64,000 nucleotides of DNA from Octopus vulgaris (taxonomy: Eukaryota). Made by a program: the position numbers and the translations under genes. Every line of letters begins with the position of its first letter. The stretch's first letter is position 1. Below, in pieces: positions 26,259-37,489 of the stretch. The notes below the pieces were generated by a model, which was given only the letters and a program-made list of their open reading frames with translations, was not told the DNA's origin and searched no databases. The stretch is taken from the NCBI GenBank assembly GCA_951406725.2, contig OX597820.1, positions 310,001 through 374,000 of the forward strand, given 5' to 3'.

Positions 26259-26488
26259 TTAACCCTTTCGTTACCCTATTTCTGTTGAGATGATCCTACG
26301 TTTCTTTCAATTACTTTAAATTTAACAAAGAATTTAGTAAAATAACTTAGTTATCATTAAGCTAGTGTTAGGAATATAAATTGTGACTAAGGTTTGGTGG
26401 AAGATTTTAATTCAGAACTTATGAAATCAAGACATTTGTACTACAGAACCCGAACCGGTTTCAGCTGGTTTGGTATCGAAAGGGTTAA
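26259..26488. mobile_element. piggyBac-like MITE
   Basis: TTAA-CCCTTTCGTTACC ... GGTATCGAAAGGG-TTAA; a related degenerate copy lies at ~34648-34842. Confidence 0.8.
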
Positions 26489-28077
26489 ATCTTGTTGGAT
26501 CTACAAAAATGGTTGTGATCTTTATGACATGTTTCTGATGTTGCTACTCTTTCTCAAACAGCAACCACTTTGATGCATTGATTGCTAATATATTGAGATT
26601 ATACTACAAGACATCAAACTGGCAAAATGGTTGGCATTTTGTCCATCTTTACGTTCTGAGTTCAAATTCTGCCGCGATTGACTTTACTTTTCGTCCTTTC
26701 AGAGTTGAGAAGCCAAGTACCAGTTGTACACTGGGGGTTGATGTCATCGACTCACCCCACCCCTGAACTTGCTGGCCTTGTGCCAGAATTTGAAACCAGT
26801 GCATTGAGAGGGATCTTACCTCAACAGAAACCTTATGTCCCTCTCTTCTTCTGTTATCTTTTGTTGACATGGTTATAATTTTGTTTTTTCATTTTGTTTT
26901 TTTAAATTTGAATTTCCCTTAAATTTTCATTTAATTTTAACTTTTTACAGATGTCTCAATCCCTATTGCAAAAAACAGAAATTAATTTCATCAATATTGT
27001 AATTTTATGATTTTCATTTTTTAGCCCTTCATATATAATTTTTGGCAGCCTTTTTGTTAATTTTAATTTACAACTTTTGTTGTTGTTTCTCTGTATTTTT
27101 TAAAATTTTATTTATTTAAACTTTTGTTTTCCTTTTTGTAAACAATTCCCCTGGTCATATGATGTTGAGTTGATATTGTTTTTGATACTCTTAGCAAAAG
27201 CATGTCTCCATTACCCAGTCTTTTAAACAAACTGGGCTTTGTGCCATGTAAAAAAAGAAAGAAAAGAAAAAAGCAGGAAAAACAAATTTCCATGGGCCAC
27301 ACAAAACATGGCTCATCACCAGGCAAGCCACACTAATAAAAAAACTGAAGGTAATTTTAACATTATTTTCCTTGTGATATTAGGCATGCCATTCAGGAAG
27401 TCCTGTGAGCCACATGTGGCTGAAGAGCTGCACTTTTGCCCAGGACTGATTTAGAAGAATAGAATAGAATTATGGAACCTGCTGAGATAGTTGAACATAT
27501 GGAGTGCTCCAGTTTGGTACCTCCTTATTGTTCCAAGACCAAATCTTGACTCAGCTGACTTCACTTTTCTACTCTCTCCGATATTTATATCATAAATCCC
27601 AGCAATAGATAAACTAACTTTATTTCTCTTTAATCACAATAAACTGTCTTCTCAAATGGATATATATTGTTATATACGTATATTATTTACAGTGAATTTA
27701 ATTTCTTTTTTTTTATTTGATTTAATAAATTTCTTTTAAGTTTTATTTCCTCTGGTGACCTCTCCTGTTGAAATGCAAGAAAACATTACAAATGCAAAGG
27801 AAAGATAGAAAATTAAATTTTGGTTTTGATTATTTTTCCTAGCTGGAGCTGTTCCAGACTATTGGTTAGATGGAGTCTTCAAGTTTTGTCTCTCTTAAAG
27901 TGATGTGAATACTAAGAGAAACAACAACAACAGTTATATACCCCCCCCCCCCACACACACACACACACACATACATATATGAGTAAATATACACACTGAT
28001 ACATGCACACAGATGATATTTGTAAACACATAACAAGAAATTGTTGATCAACAAAAGCATTTTTCACATTTTGTCAG

Positions 28078-28191
28078 AAACTGCTGAATGACGTTGTGCA
28101 GAATGAGAGACGGAAGTTGAGCCAGATCAGAGCTGAAGTAGTGTCCGACTGCAAGACGGAGATGAAAAATTACATGGCAGAGCAGCGGCAG
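28078..28191 (+). CDS. CCDC91: Penultimate coding exon of the CCDC91-like gene (KLLNDVVQNERRKLSQIRAEVVSDCKTEMKNYMAEQRQ)
   Basis: TTTTGTCAG acceptor, CAG|GTGGGT donor, 114 nt, phase 0; ends EMKNYMAEQRQ, similar to ELIEYIKEQKR of vertebrate CCDC91 (from memory). Confidence 0.85.
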
Positions 28192-28298
28192 GTGGGTTTA
28201 GAATTTGTTGGGCTGTTACCCATTCCCTCCTTTAACTACAGGCTTCACTTAGTTCTTCAACTCTCTCTTTCTTTCTCTTCCTCTCTCTCTTTTTCTTT

Positions 28299-28339
<41 letters not shown>

Positions 28340-29456
28340 CTGCAACAAGCAAACACACTCATCATATATGAATACCATTCACAAGTAATGAGGGAGCATC
28401 CATGTTGTTGCCCTCAACATGTTAGAAAAAAGTAAGATTTTCCTCAAATCACACTCTACTTGCCTAAGAAAGGAAGGACACAGTGGTCCTTGATATTTTC
28501 ATCATCATTACACATCCACTTTCCCATGCTTCCATGGGTCACATGGAATTTACCAAAGCATATTTTCTGTGGCTGGATGCTCATCCTGTTGCCAACCTTC
28601 CCGTAACCAAATGAGATAAGATTTCCTTTGCCCGGACATGTTTTTCCTTGGAAGATTGGAAACAAACATCACCTGCATGATGATGACCATCATTTACAAC
28701 CACCACATGATGTCAGAACAAGGGCAACTCACACAGACACACTTTCAGTTTATGTCCAATAAATCTACTCACAAGACTTTGGTCGCTTCAGAACTATATT
28801 AGAAGACATTTGTCTCAGGCGACGTGCAATGGGGATTGAATCCAAGACCAAATGGTTGAGAAGCAAGCCTCTGAAGCACAAAAAAAATTAGAACATAGTT
28901 TAGAATGCCTGAAAAAGATGGAATGATCATGGTTTCACTGCTCTTGATCATAAGTTTACTCAGTGAGTGCTGACCTGGGGCTAAACAATAATGTTAAGTT
29001 CAGACATTTACCTATTGTTTGTACAAGTCTCGATGTCCTTCCTACCACCAGGTGTAGAATTCATCATTTAATGCCTGTATTTGATGGTTTGACAGGAACT
29101 GGTAAGGCTACGAGCCACACCAGGTTCCATTGTCTGTTCTGGCAGGGTTGCCACGGCTGGATGCCCTTCCTAATGCCAACCACTTTCCAGAATATACTGG
29201 CTGCTTTTTACATGGTGCCAGTACAGGTGCTTTTTAAGTAGCACCAACACAGGGGGTTTTTTTATGTGGCATCAGCACCAGTGCTTTTTATGTAACACCA
29301 TTATTGGTGCTTTTCACATGGCACCAACACCACCAGGATCCGCAAGTAACTTGCAAGTAGAAACAGTATCTCTTGTGAACTAAACATAAAGAACAATGTG
29401 CTTTACCTGAACATCCAATACACTGACTGCCAAGGTAAAAGGCTGGATTCATCACC

Positions 29457-29980
29457 TTAACCCATTAACTGTTAAATTTTTTTATTCATATTTTTTGGCT
29501 TTACCAGGTTTCTTAGGAGTTAGAATAATATATAATATTTAAATTTTCTTCATATGTGAATTATTTTGGAAATTATAAATTTTTCGAAAAGTCCCAAATG
29601 GGGATCACTGAAAAACAAGCATATTTATCCTTTTCTATTCAATTGCAATAATAAACATTTTAGTTGTTTTTTTTTTTTGAAACTGTAATATCAAATGCGA
29701 AGGTGAATGAAATATCAACGAATGATATAAATGGGAAATGCAAAAACAAAACAAAATACGTTTTCAAAACAGTCAATATTTTTGTAGTTCAAAAATTGCG
29801 ATTTATGACATAAAATGTCCTCTAGAATTAACCAGAGCAAATAATGACAGACTTTAACGACTAAATATTGTTAAACACACCTCTGCAAATGCAATGTCCA
29901 TAAGCAATTCACTTGAAATACAACGAACGACCGGCAGTGAGACTGTTTTTAGCAGGGGTTCATGGCGGGCAATGGGTTAA
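29457..29980. mobile_element. piggyBac-like non-autonomous DNA transposon
   Basis: TTAA-CCCATT ... AATGGG-TTAA termini. Confidence 0.6.
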
Positions 29981-30653
29981 TCTTAATTTGACACTCTGAT
30001 ATTGGTGACGTGGTTAAATACTGGGTTAATTGTTGTACACTACTTGATTTTAAGTCTCCTCTGTCTGAGTTCAAATCATGTTAGTGCTGGGTTTGCTTTT
30101 CCTCCTGCAGAGTTCATTACCTGAATTTTCAGTAATGTCATCCATGTTATAAAACCCTGACAGGATTAACTGTGTCACCTGCTCTATGACAATACTTACT
30201 CACACACAGCACTTGCTATAATGGAAATACAACCCACCACCACTTCCACATACAGATGCACTAATATATAGTATAATATATGTGTGTGTGTAATACGCAC
30301 ACAAACTGCAGAGTACCTCAAGTAGTCTAGTATGGAAAATATGGGCACAAATGATGATAGCAGTGCTTATAAAGCTAGATTTATATATCCTAAAATTGCA
30401 GAAGAATTTGTCGTTGGGGTAGTTTAGCTTAATGGTAAAGCACTTGACACATAAGCATAGGGATGTGAGTTTGATTCTCATGGCTGGCCGCCAACAGATT
30501 TTTCCGCAAAATATGGATAGTTTATCCTGTTCATGCTATATTATTAGCATTATCCGGCATCTGAGAATAAAATTAATTCCTTATCTCTATCTTTCAATAC
30601 ATCTCAATGCTTCTAAAGCAAACTTTGTTTGTTGACTTTCAATGTAAGTTGAA

Positions 30654-30698
<45 letters not shown>

Positions 30699-30952
30699 CA
30701 TATATACATACATATATATATGTATCATTGCTATTATGCAAAAGTGTTGTAAGTCCCAAATGTTGATTTTTAAAAATAGTTTCACTATTCCATAGCAAAA
30801 CTGTTGTACTACACTTTTTGATATCTTGGCATCTGAAGCAGCTGGAGATAAGATAGTTTGACCAAAAGAACTGGGTATGGCAAGCAAAAATAAATATTGA
30901 AAGAAAAGCATTTGGCCAAATTTGGACATATGACAGTTTAACATAATAGTAA

Positions 30953-31020
<68 letters not shown>

Positions 31021-31028
<8 letters not shown>

Positions 31029-31213
31029 GAAGGAGCTTCTACAGGACTAGAACTGTTTCATTCAAGAGAAATCTTCAGGAGCTTCCTGAAGATTTCTCTT
31101 GAATGAAACAGTTCTAGTCCTGTAGAAGCTCCTTCTATATAATAAATTAATTTTACTCTGCTATGTATTGAGTACCTTATTTACTGTGGTTAACCCTGAA
31201 TCAACCCGGGACC

Positions 31214-31215
<2 letters not shown>
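31021..31215 (+). mobile_element. Perfect foldback (60-bp arms, 31021-31080 / 31084-31143) Penelope-type remnant inserted in (TA)n
   Basis: Exact inverted repeat with a 3-nt spacer plus a unique 70-bp tail; contains an HHR. Confidence 0.8.
31078..31132 (+). ncRNA. Type-I hammerhead ribozyme with an intact catalytic core
   Basis: Stem I GGAGCTTC/GAAGCTCC, CTGAAGA 31086-31092, short stem II TTC/GAA, GAAA 31105-31108, stem III ACAG/CTGT, GUA with predicted cleavage after 31124. Confidence 0.75.
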
Positions 31216-31249
<34 letters not shown>

Positions 31250-32907
31250 CTTGTTTCAGTCATTTGATTGCAGCCATGCTGGAGCATCGCTTGAAGAATT
31301 TTTAGTTCAATGAATTGACTCCAGTACTTATTTTTTAAGCCTAGTACTTATTCTGTCAGTCTCTTTTGCCAAACTGCTAAGTTATGGAGATGTAAACACA
31401 ACAACACGTGTTGTCAAGTAGTGGCTAGAAACAAACACACACACATATACGATGGGTTTCTTTCACTCACAAGACTTTGGTCAGCCCAAGGCTATAGTCA
31501 ACATGGTGTCACACTGTGGGATTGAACCTAGAACCATGTGGTTGGGAAGTATGCTTCTCATCACAGCCATGCTTGTACCTATATATGCATATATATTATA
31601 CACACGTATGCACATGCATGCATACACATATACAGAACAAAGAGAAAGGAGTATGCAATCCTAGAAGGTAGAGTTATAAATCTCTGGAAGATTGTAAAGA
31701 AAATGGAACGTTTGGAAGATTTTTGTTCAAGTCAAAACATAAGACATAAACAAAACTAGAACCAAGCATTGACTCGTGATTGTATGGAGTCTGCCTATGA
31801 CTCTTGAAATGAAAGATCTTGTTGGCTGATCATCATCATATACTTGAACTTTAAGACTAAAACTTCACACACAGAGAAATGTGCCTACATGTGCTGGTGC
31901 CACATAAAAAGCACCCAGTGCCACTCTGTAAAGTGGTTGGTGTAGGAAGGGCGTCCAGCTGTAGAAACCATGCAAAACAAGATAATTGGAGCCTGGTGCA
32001 GCTCTCCAGCCTTGCCAGCTCCTGTCAAACCATCCAGCCCATTCCAACATGGGGGATGGGTGTTAAAGGATGATGATGTATATCAATATTGTATGGGGTT
32101 AAGAAACTCACTTTGCAATCGTACGGTTTCAGGTTCAGTTCCATTGCATGGCACCTCGCACAAGTGTCTGCTACTGTGGCTGTATGCCAACCAAAGCCTT
32201 GTGAGTAGATTTGGTAGACAGAAACTTTGTAGAAGCCCATTGTATGTATATGTATGCACCTGTGCCTCTTTGCTTGTCCCCCACTGCCGCTTGACAACGA
32301 TTGTTGGTTTGTTTACATCCCTGTAACTTAACAATTTGGCAAAAGAGACTGATAGAATTAACCCCAGACCTACCTTTTAAAATAAAAATTTAAAATGTAC
32401 TCTGGTTGATTTGCATAGCTGAATCCTTCAAAGTGGTGCCCCAGCATGGTTGCTGTCCAGTGACCAAAACAGATAAAGTATATATAATATACTCGCACAC
32501 ATTCATGCATGTGTACATAAGCACACACACACACGTCTGTGCTTATATACATGTGTACTTGTTTATTTCTATTTCTCTCTTACTGATGTACTTATATACC
32601 TATATCTATCTATCTATCTATATATATACATATATACACTCAATGCCTTTCAACCTTAGGTTATGTTGTTAAAAGCTAAGTTGATTAACTCTTATGACTT
32701 TCTCTCTAAATATCCTTCTAATATTTTTTTCCAAGACATTCAAAGGGTGAAGTCCCAACTAACATATCTGCCTGTCCCTCAGCATTTAGGGAGTTCAGTT
32801 TCATCCTAGAAATCTCAATTCCTGGCTTCTTAATCTAAATCTATAACAGCTGAACCATCTGCCGACCATTCTCGGTTTTACCTTCAACCTCCCTCTCTTT
32901 ACTTCAG

Positions 32908-33300
32908 CTGGACAATCAACTGCGCCAACAGCACTACGTAGCTCTGGACCTGTTTCTGGAAAGTGCAAGACAACAGCTCAAGTTGTTGATGGACAATGGA
33001 AGCCGGACTGAACATGCACCTCACACCGGCCCCGATTCCCGTGCTGGCTGCGCTACTTCACCTTTCTCTTCCTCATCACTCTCACTACCACCACCACTAT
33101 CATCATCATCGTCATCATCGTCATCATCATCACAATCATCAAGCACAACAGGAGCTGCTGCTGCAACACCACTATCAACATCGTCCACTGTTGCTACTGC
33201 CACTTTAACAACAACAACAACAGCAGCAGCAACAACAACAAGCTCCTCTTCTTCCTCCACCTCATCACAACAAACCAAGTCTAATAACGACTCTAGTTAA
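32908..33300 (+). CDS. CCDC91: Last coding exon of the CCDC91-like gene, with a Ser/Thr-rich low-complexity tail
   Basis: Pyrimidine tract + CAG acceptor; LDNQLRQQHYVALDLFLESARQQLKLLM resembles the CCDC91 C-terminus LDQVIRQRSLSSLELFLSCAQKQLSALI (from memory); in frame with ORF 32983-33300. Confidence 0.85.
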   Translation: MDNQLRQQHYVALDLFLESARQQLKLLMDNGSRTEHAPHTGPDSRAGCATSPFSSSSLSLPPPLSSSSSSSSSSSQSSSTTGAAAATPLSTSSTVATATLTTTTTAAATTTSSSSSSTSSQQTKSNNDSS

Positions 33301-33782
33301 ATGGAAAACGCTGCAGACTCACGTTGAGGTGTTGCAGTTGTTGAGGATTGATGTAACACATTAACCGAGAGGTTGCACTAGAGACCGGTCAGTCGGCTGC
33401 AGTGTTGCTCTTCCATTTCGTGAAGGTCATCGACAATACCTTGTAACGTTCACGCCCAACATCAAGTCAGCAGGTGGCAATTAACGGTTGGTGAACTGTG
33501 GCAATTAACGGTTGGTATTCTGTGACAAATAGGATTTTAAATTCGTATCGCATCAGGGATTTTTCATTTTGCTGTGGTGAAAAAAAAAAGAAAGGAAGAT
33601 TCTACGTTCTGTTTGTTATGTTTTTTGTTATCCCACAATAACAATATCTTGGTTACTGCTGCTGTTATCGACTTACTGTTCCTATCTAAAGAAGAAATCT
33701 GGATTTTATGGCTCTTTTTTTTTTCGTTTTTTGTCGAGTATTTGAGTGAATTTGGTTTCAAACTCCTTCTTTCGTTGAAGAA

Positions 33783-33813
<31 letters not shown>

Positions 33814-35169
33814 ACGACTGCTTTCAGTAAAATGGTTCAAATACTACAGAATTTATGAGATTGAAATTTGTTTTTGTTTTTTTTTTTTTAATAATAACTG
33901 CTGAATGGGAAACAGGAAAAAACTTTTTAATCTAGAAACTGTTCGACTGATCCTGCTTTTGTACAATATTTCAGTTGTTTAAAATTTGAACTCAGGATGG
34001 TGAGGGAAAGCAATGAATCGCACTTATTGAGCTTCAAATTTCTTTGCAAATATTGTCTGTTGTCTTTCCAGCTTTCCCCATTCTCTCTGTCTCACACAAA
34101 TACATTAACAAAGTATTAGCTATAACTAAAGACATTGTAGCAAGCTAGATAATATTTCTCTTAAACCTCTTTCAATGAATATATTATCTTCTGTGAAAGA
34201 CACCAAAACTAGAAATGTCTTCCCAGATAACATTCACTGTTTCATTGAGAACAGTTTGTAACTCTTTAGCATTCAAATTACTCCATCAAATCTAAGGCTC
34301 ATTTATCCTCGTTGTTTTGAATTAATCATGCATTATCTTGTAATTTCGATATTTCAATAATTTGACTGTATTTTTAGAATGACATTGTAGGGTAAGTGTG
34401 AGAGGTCAGATCTGGCTGGTTTGAACATAAACCAGGTGGAATATTTGGTCCCTGGATATGATCAGATTAAATGCTAAAGGGTTAAATCAGTCATGGGCAA
34501 CATGTGGTCCACGAGACTTTCTGAATGGCAAACTTAATGAAAAATTACTTTGAATTTTTTTCGTAGTGTTGCCCACCTAATGATGAACCATGTCTCATGC
34601 GGTCCACTTTTCTAAAATGGTTACCCATTGCTTGATTTAAGCAATATTTAACCTTTTTGATATCAGCCTACTTAAGACCACCCCTGATTCTGTGATAAAG
34701 GCTTCCTGTTTCAAAGCAAAAATTTCATGTTATCTTCCAAACACAAGATTAATAATGACTAAAGTATTTCACCAAATTCTTCACTGTCTTTAAAATCAAC
34801 TGAAACAGCATATTTCTACAGAAATATGGCAACAAAAGGGTCATAGTGGGATTGCATACTTTGATATTTTCTCTTTACATTTAAAATATTTCACTGAAAT
34901 CCTTGTATCTATTCCTTTCCATGCACCACCCAGCAATTCTCTTGCCTTAATTATCTGTTACCATTGAGAAAAAGAAGACATTAGAATTGTTTCTGTTGCT
35001 TTTAAGGAATTATTTTCTTTATTTCTTGTACCATTTCTCATCAGTTATTTTTTTTTAATCTTTCGCATCATGATCATCATGTCCTAGTTTTACACATACA
35101 CACACAAATTTCTGTGCGTGTGAGTGTATATATACATACGTGTGTGTGTGTGTACACACCATGAGTATT

Positions 35170-35470
35170 CTGGTGTGAAGGTAAGTGGCTTAGTGGTTAG
35201 GGGTATTTGACTCACAATCGTGAGGTTGTGAGTTCGATTCCCAGCAGTATGTTGTCTCCTTGAGCAAGACACTTTATTCCACATTGCTCCAGTCCACTCA
35301 GCTGGCAAAAATGAGTTGTACCAGTAATTCAAAGGACTGAACTTGTCATATTCTGTCATGCTGAATCTCTCTGAGATCTATGTTAAGGGTACGTGTGTCT
35401 GTGGAGTACTCAGTCACTTGCATGTTAATTTCATGAGTGGGCTGTTCCATTGATCTCCTCAATTGGAATC
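35170..35470 (+). mobile_element. tRNA-derived SINE (family 3)
   Basis: A box TGGCTTAGTGG, B box GAGTTCGATTCCC, (CAT)n-like tail. Confidence 0.75.
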
Positions 35471-35964
35471 ATCATCATCATCATCATAACTGATGGAATG
35501 CCAGTTTTTTTTTTGCTTTTTTAAAAATTATTCTGATGCTAACTGTTATGTGCCTCTGGTTGACTGGTAAGTCACTGGTGTCCTGTAATTGGGGTTGTGC
35601 TGATCTGACCATACCATTGAACAGGTCCTGTCCTACTAGCAGTAAAGCATACAGTGGGTGGGGAATACTTAGGGGGTGAATTACCACCCAACTAACCTGA
35701 AGCTGAATACTCTTACAAATGTGAATAAATATCAAATTTGAATGAGAGCCAAGAGTAAGCAACGGTTCTTTGATGTGTTCCTTGGTAAAAGCACAACCGA
35801 TTCAGTTGGTCAACATCCGAGTTTCTCAGAAGACATTCACACCTGACCCTTGACCAAAGCAAGATTCTATTTCTTAAGTAGTTGGCTTCTTCAATATATC
35901 CATCTTGTCTGCCCACTATTCGTGGAAGTGGAGTCCTCGGGCTCCCTCTCCACAGGGTCCCTCT

Positions 35965-36290
35965 TCATAGGGTCCTATCAGAAGCAACTGTCATTACACT
36001 CTCCAACTGGATTCCTAAGCACGACCAATTGAGACAATGGACATTATCCAGCTGGGTCATTTGGGGTCTATTCTTGGATCTTCTGCCAGTTGACTTGCCT
36101 TGAACAATCTGTTTTGTGATTCTTCCACCAGAGCTGTGACCTCTCAAACGCAGAGAAGTAGCGGCTTGACCTGGAGAGAGACTCCCTGATATCCAAGCTA
36201 CATTCCTTCTGAATAATGCTACTCCAGATATCCTTAGGGGGAACCCCCATTTCAGCTGCTTGCATCTGTGATCATCCTCTTTCAGCCATT
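35965..36290 (-). pseudogene. Decayed RTE-type LINE C-terminal fragment
   Basis: RITKQIVQGKSTGRRSKNRPQMTQLDNV resembles the RTE GxRxxGRPxxxWxD motif. Confidence 0.55.
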
Positions 36291-37489
36291 ACCAAGCCTT
36301 TGTGTCCATAAGTGAAGACGCGCAAAAACCAAATTAAAGATTAAGTTTGACTTTTGTTACCAACTTCTCGTCTTTTGAGGATTGAATGCTAAAAAGCTGG
36401 AGCAATTACTGTGAAAGTAACCAAATGTAATCAAGAATTGTTGGCCTAACTTTGTTTAATCCTCTGTGACCTCATTCAAGCGATCTCATATTAAATAGTG
36501 ACAACTCTGTAAGCTTTCATGTGAAGGTGTGAAATTTTGTTTTTAAAGCAAGCAGCATCTGAGGACGAGATAGTCAGTGATGTGTGTGTGTGCTCTTGCA
36601 TGTGTTTGCCATCCAGGCTATCAAATATATCAGTTATTATTACAGTTTGTATTATTATTTTTATCATTATTAAGGCTGCAAGCTGGTAGAATCATTACTG
36701 CACTGGACAAAATGTTTGGTGGTATTTGTTTTGGCTCTTTATATTCTGAGTTCAAATCCTACAAAGGTCGACTTTGCCTTTCATTCTTTCAGGGTCGATA
36801 AATTAAGTACCAGTTACACACTGGGGCCGACGAAATCGACTTCCCACCTCCTCAAAATTGCTGGCCTTGTGCTGAAATCAAAAGGATTACTATTATTAAT
36901 AAGGTGTTGAGTTGGAAGAATTGTTCGCATGCCAAATGAAATGCTTTGTTAGCATTTTGTTTGTCTTTATATCCTGAGTTCAAATACCGCTGAGGTCATC
37001 TTCACCTTTCATCCTTTCGGGGGCCTATAAAATAAGTCCCAGTCAATTTTGATGCCAATATTTTAAGTAATTATTCTTATCGCCCGCCCCAACCCCTGCC
37101 GGTTCTTTCAGGATCCTCCGAACACAACAATAAAAGAAATGTGATAATATACAGTATTTTCTTTGTTATTTAATGAACAGATCTTTTAGTTTGGGATGAG
37201 TCCATATGGTAAGATAAAGAAAGAACCTTCCCTGGGGTTTGTTTTTGATCTTGTCCAGTATAGTGAGGCAGGAAATATTGTGAAAACTGCAGAATGGATC
37301 TTGGTCTAGTTCTCATTTGTCATTTTAGTAAGTTAAGTCCTTTTTAGAGAGTTATTACCCCTTTCAAGATTGCTGAATCTTGGGAGGATCATTATGCCAA
37401 CAGCACACACATACAGACTCTGTTTCACTTATTTCTATTTAGCCAAATAACTAATCGTTTGGTCACACAGAAAACCTCTTCGTACAAGC

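Noticed and set aside
32996-33278. His-rich (+) and Asp/Val-rich (-) ORFs
   Set aside because: Alternative frames of the triplet-repeat tail of the CCDC91-like last exon
33474-33517. 19-bp direct repeat GTGGCAATTAACGGTTGGT in the 3'UTR
   Set aside because: Only two copies; a simple local duplication with no further support
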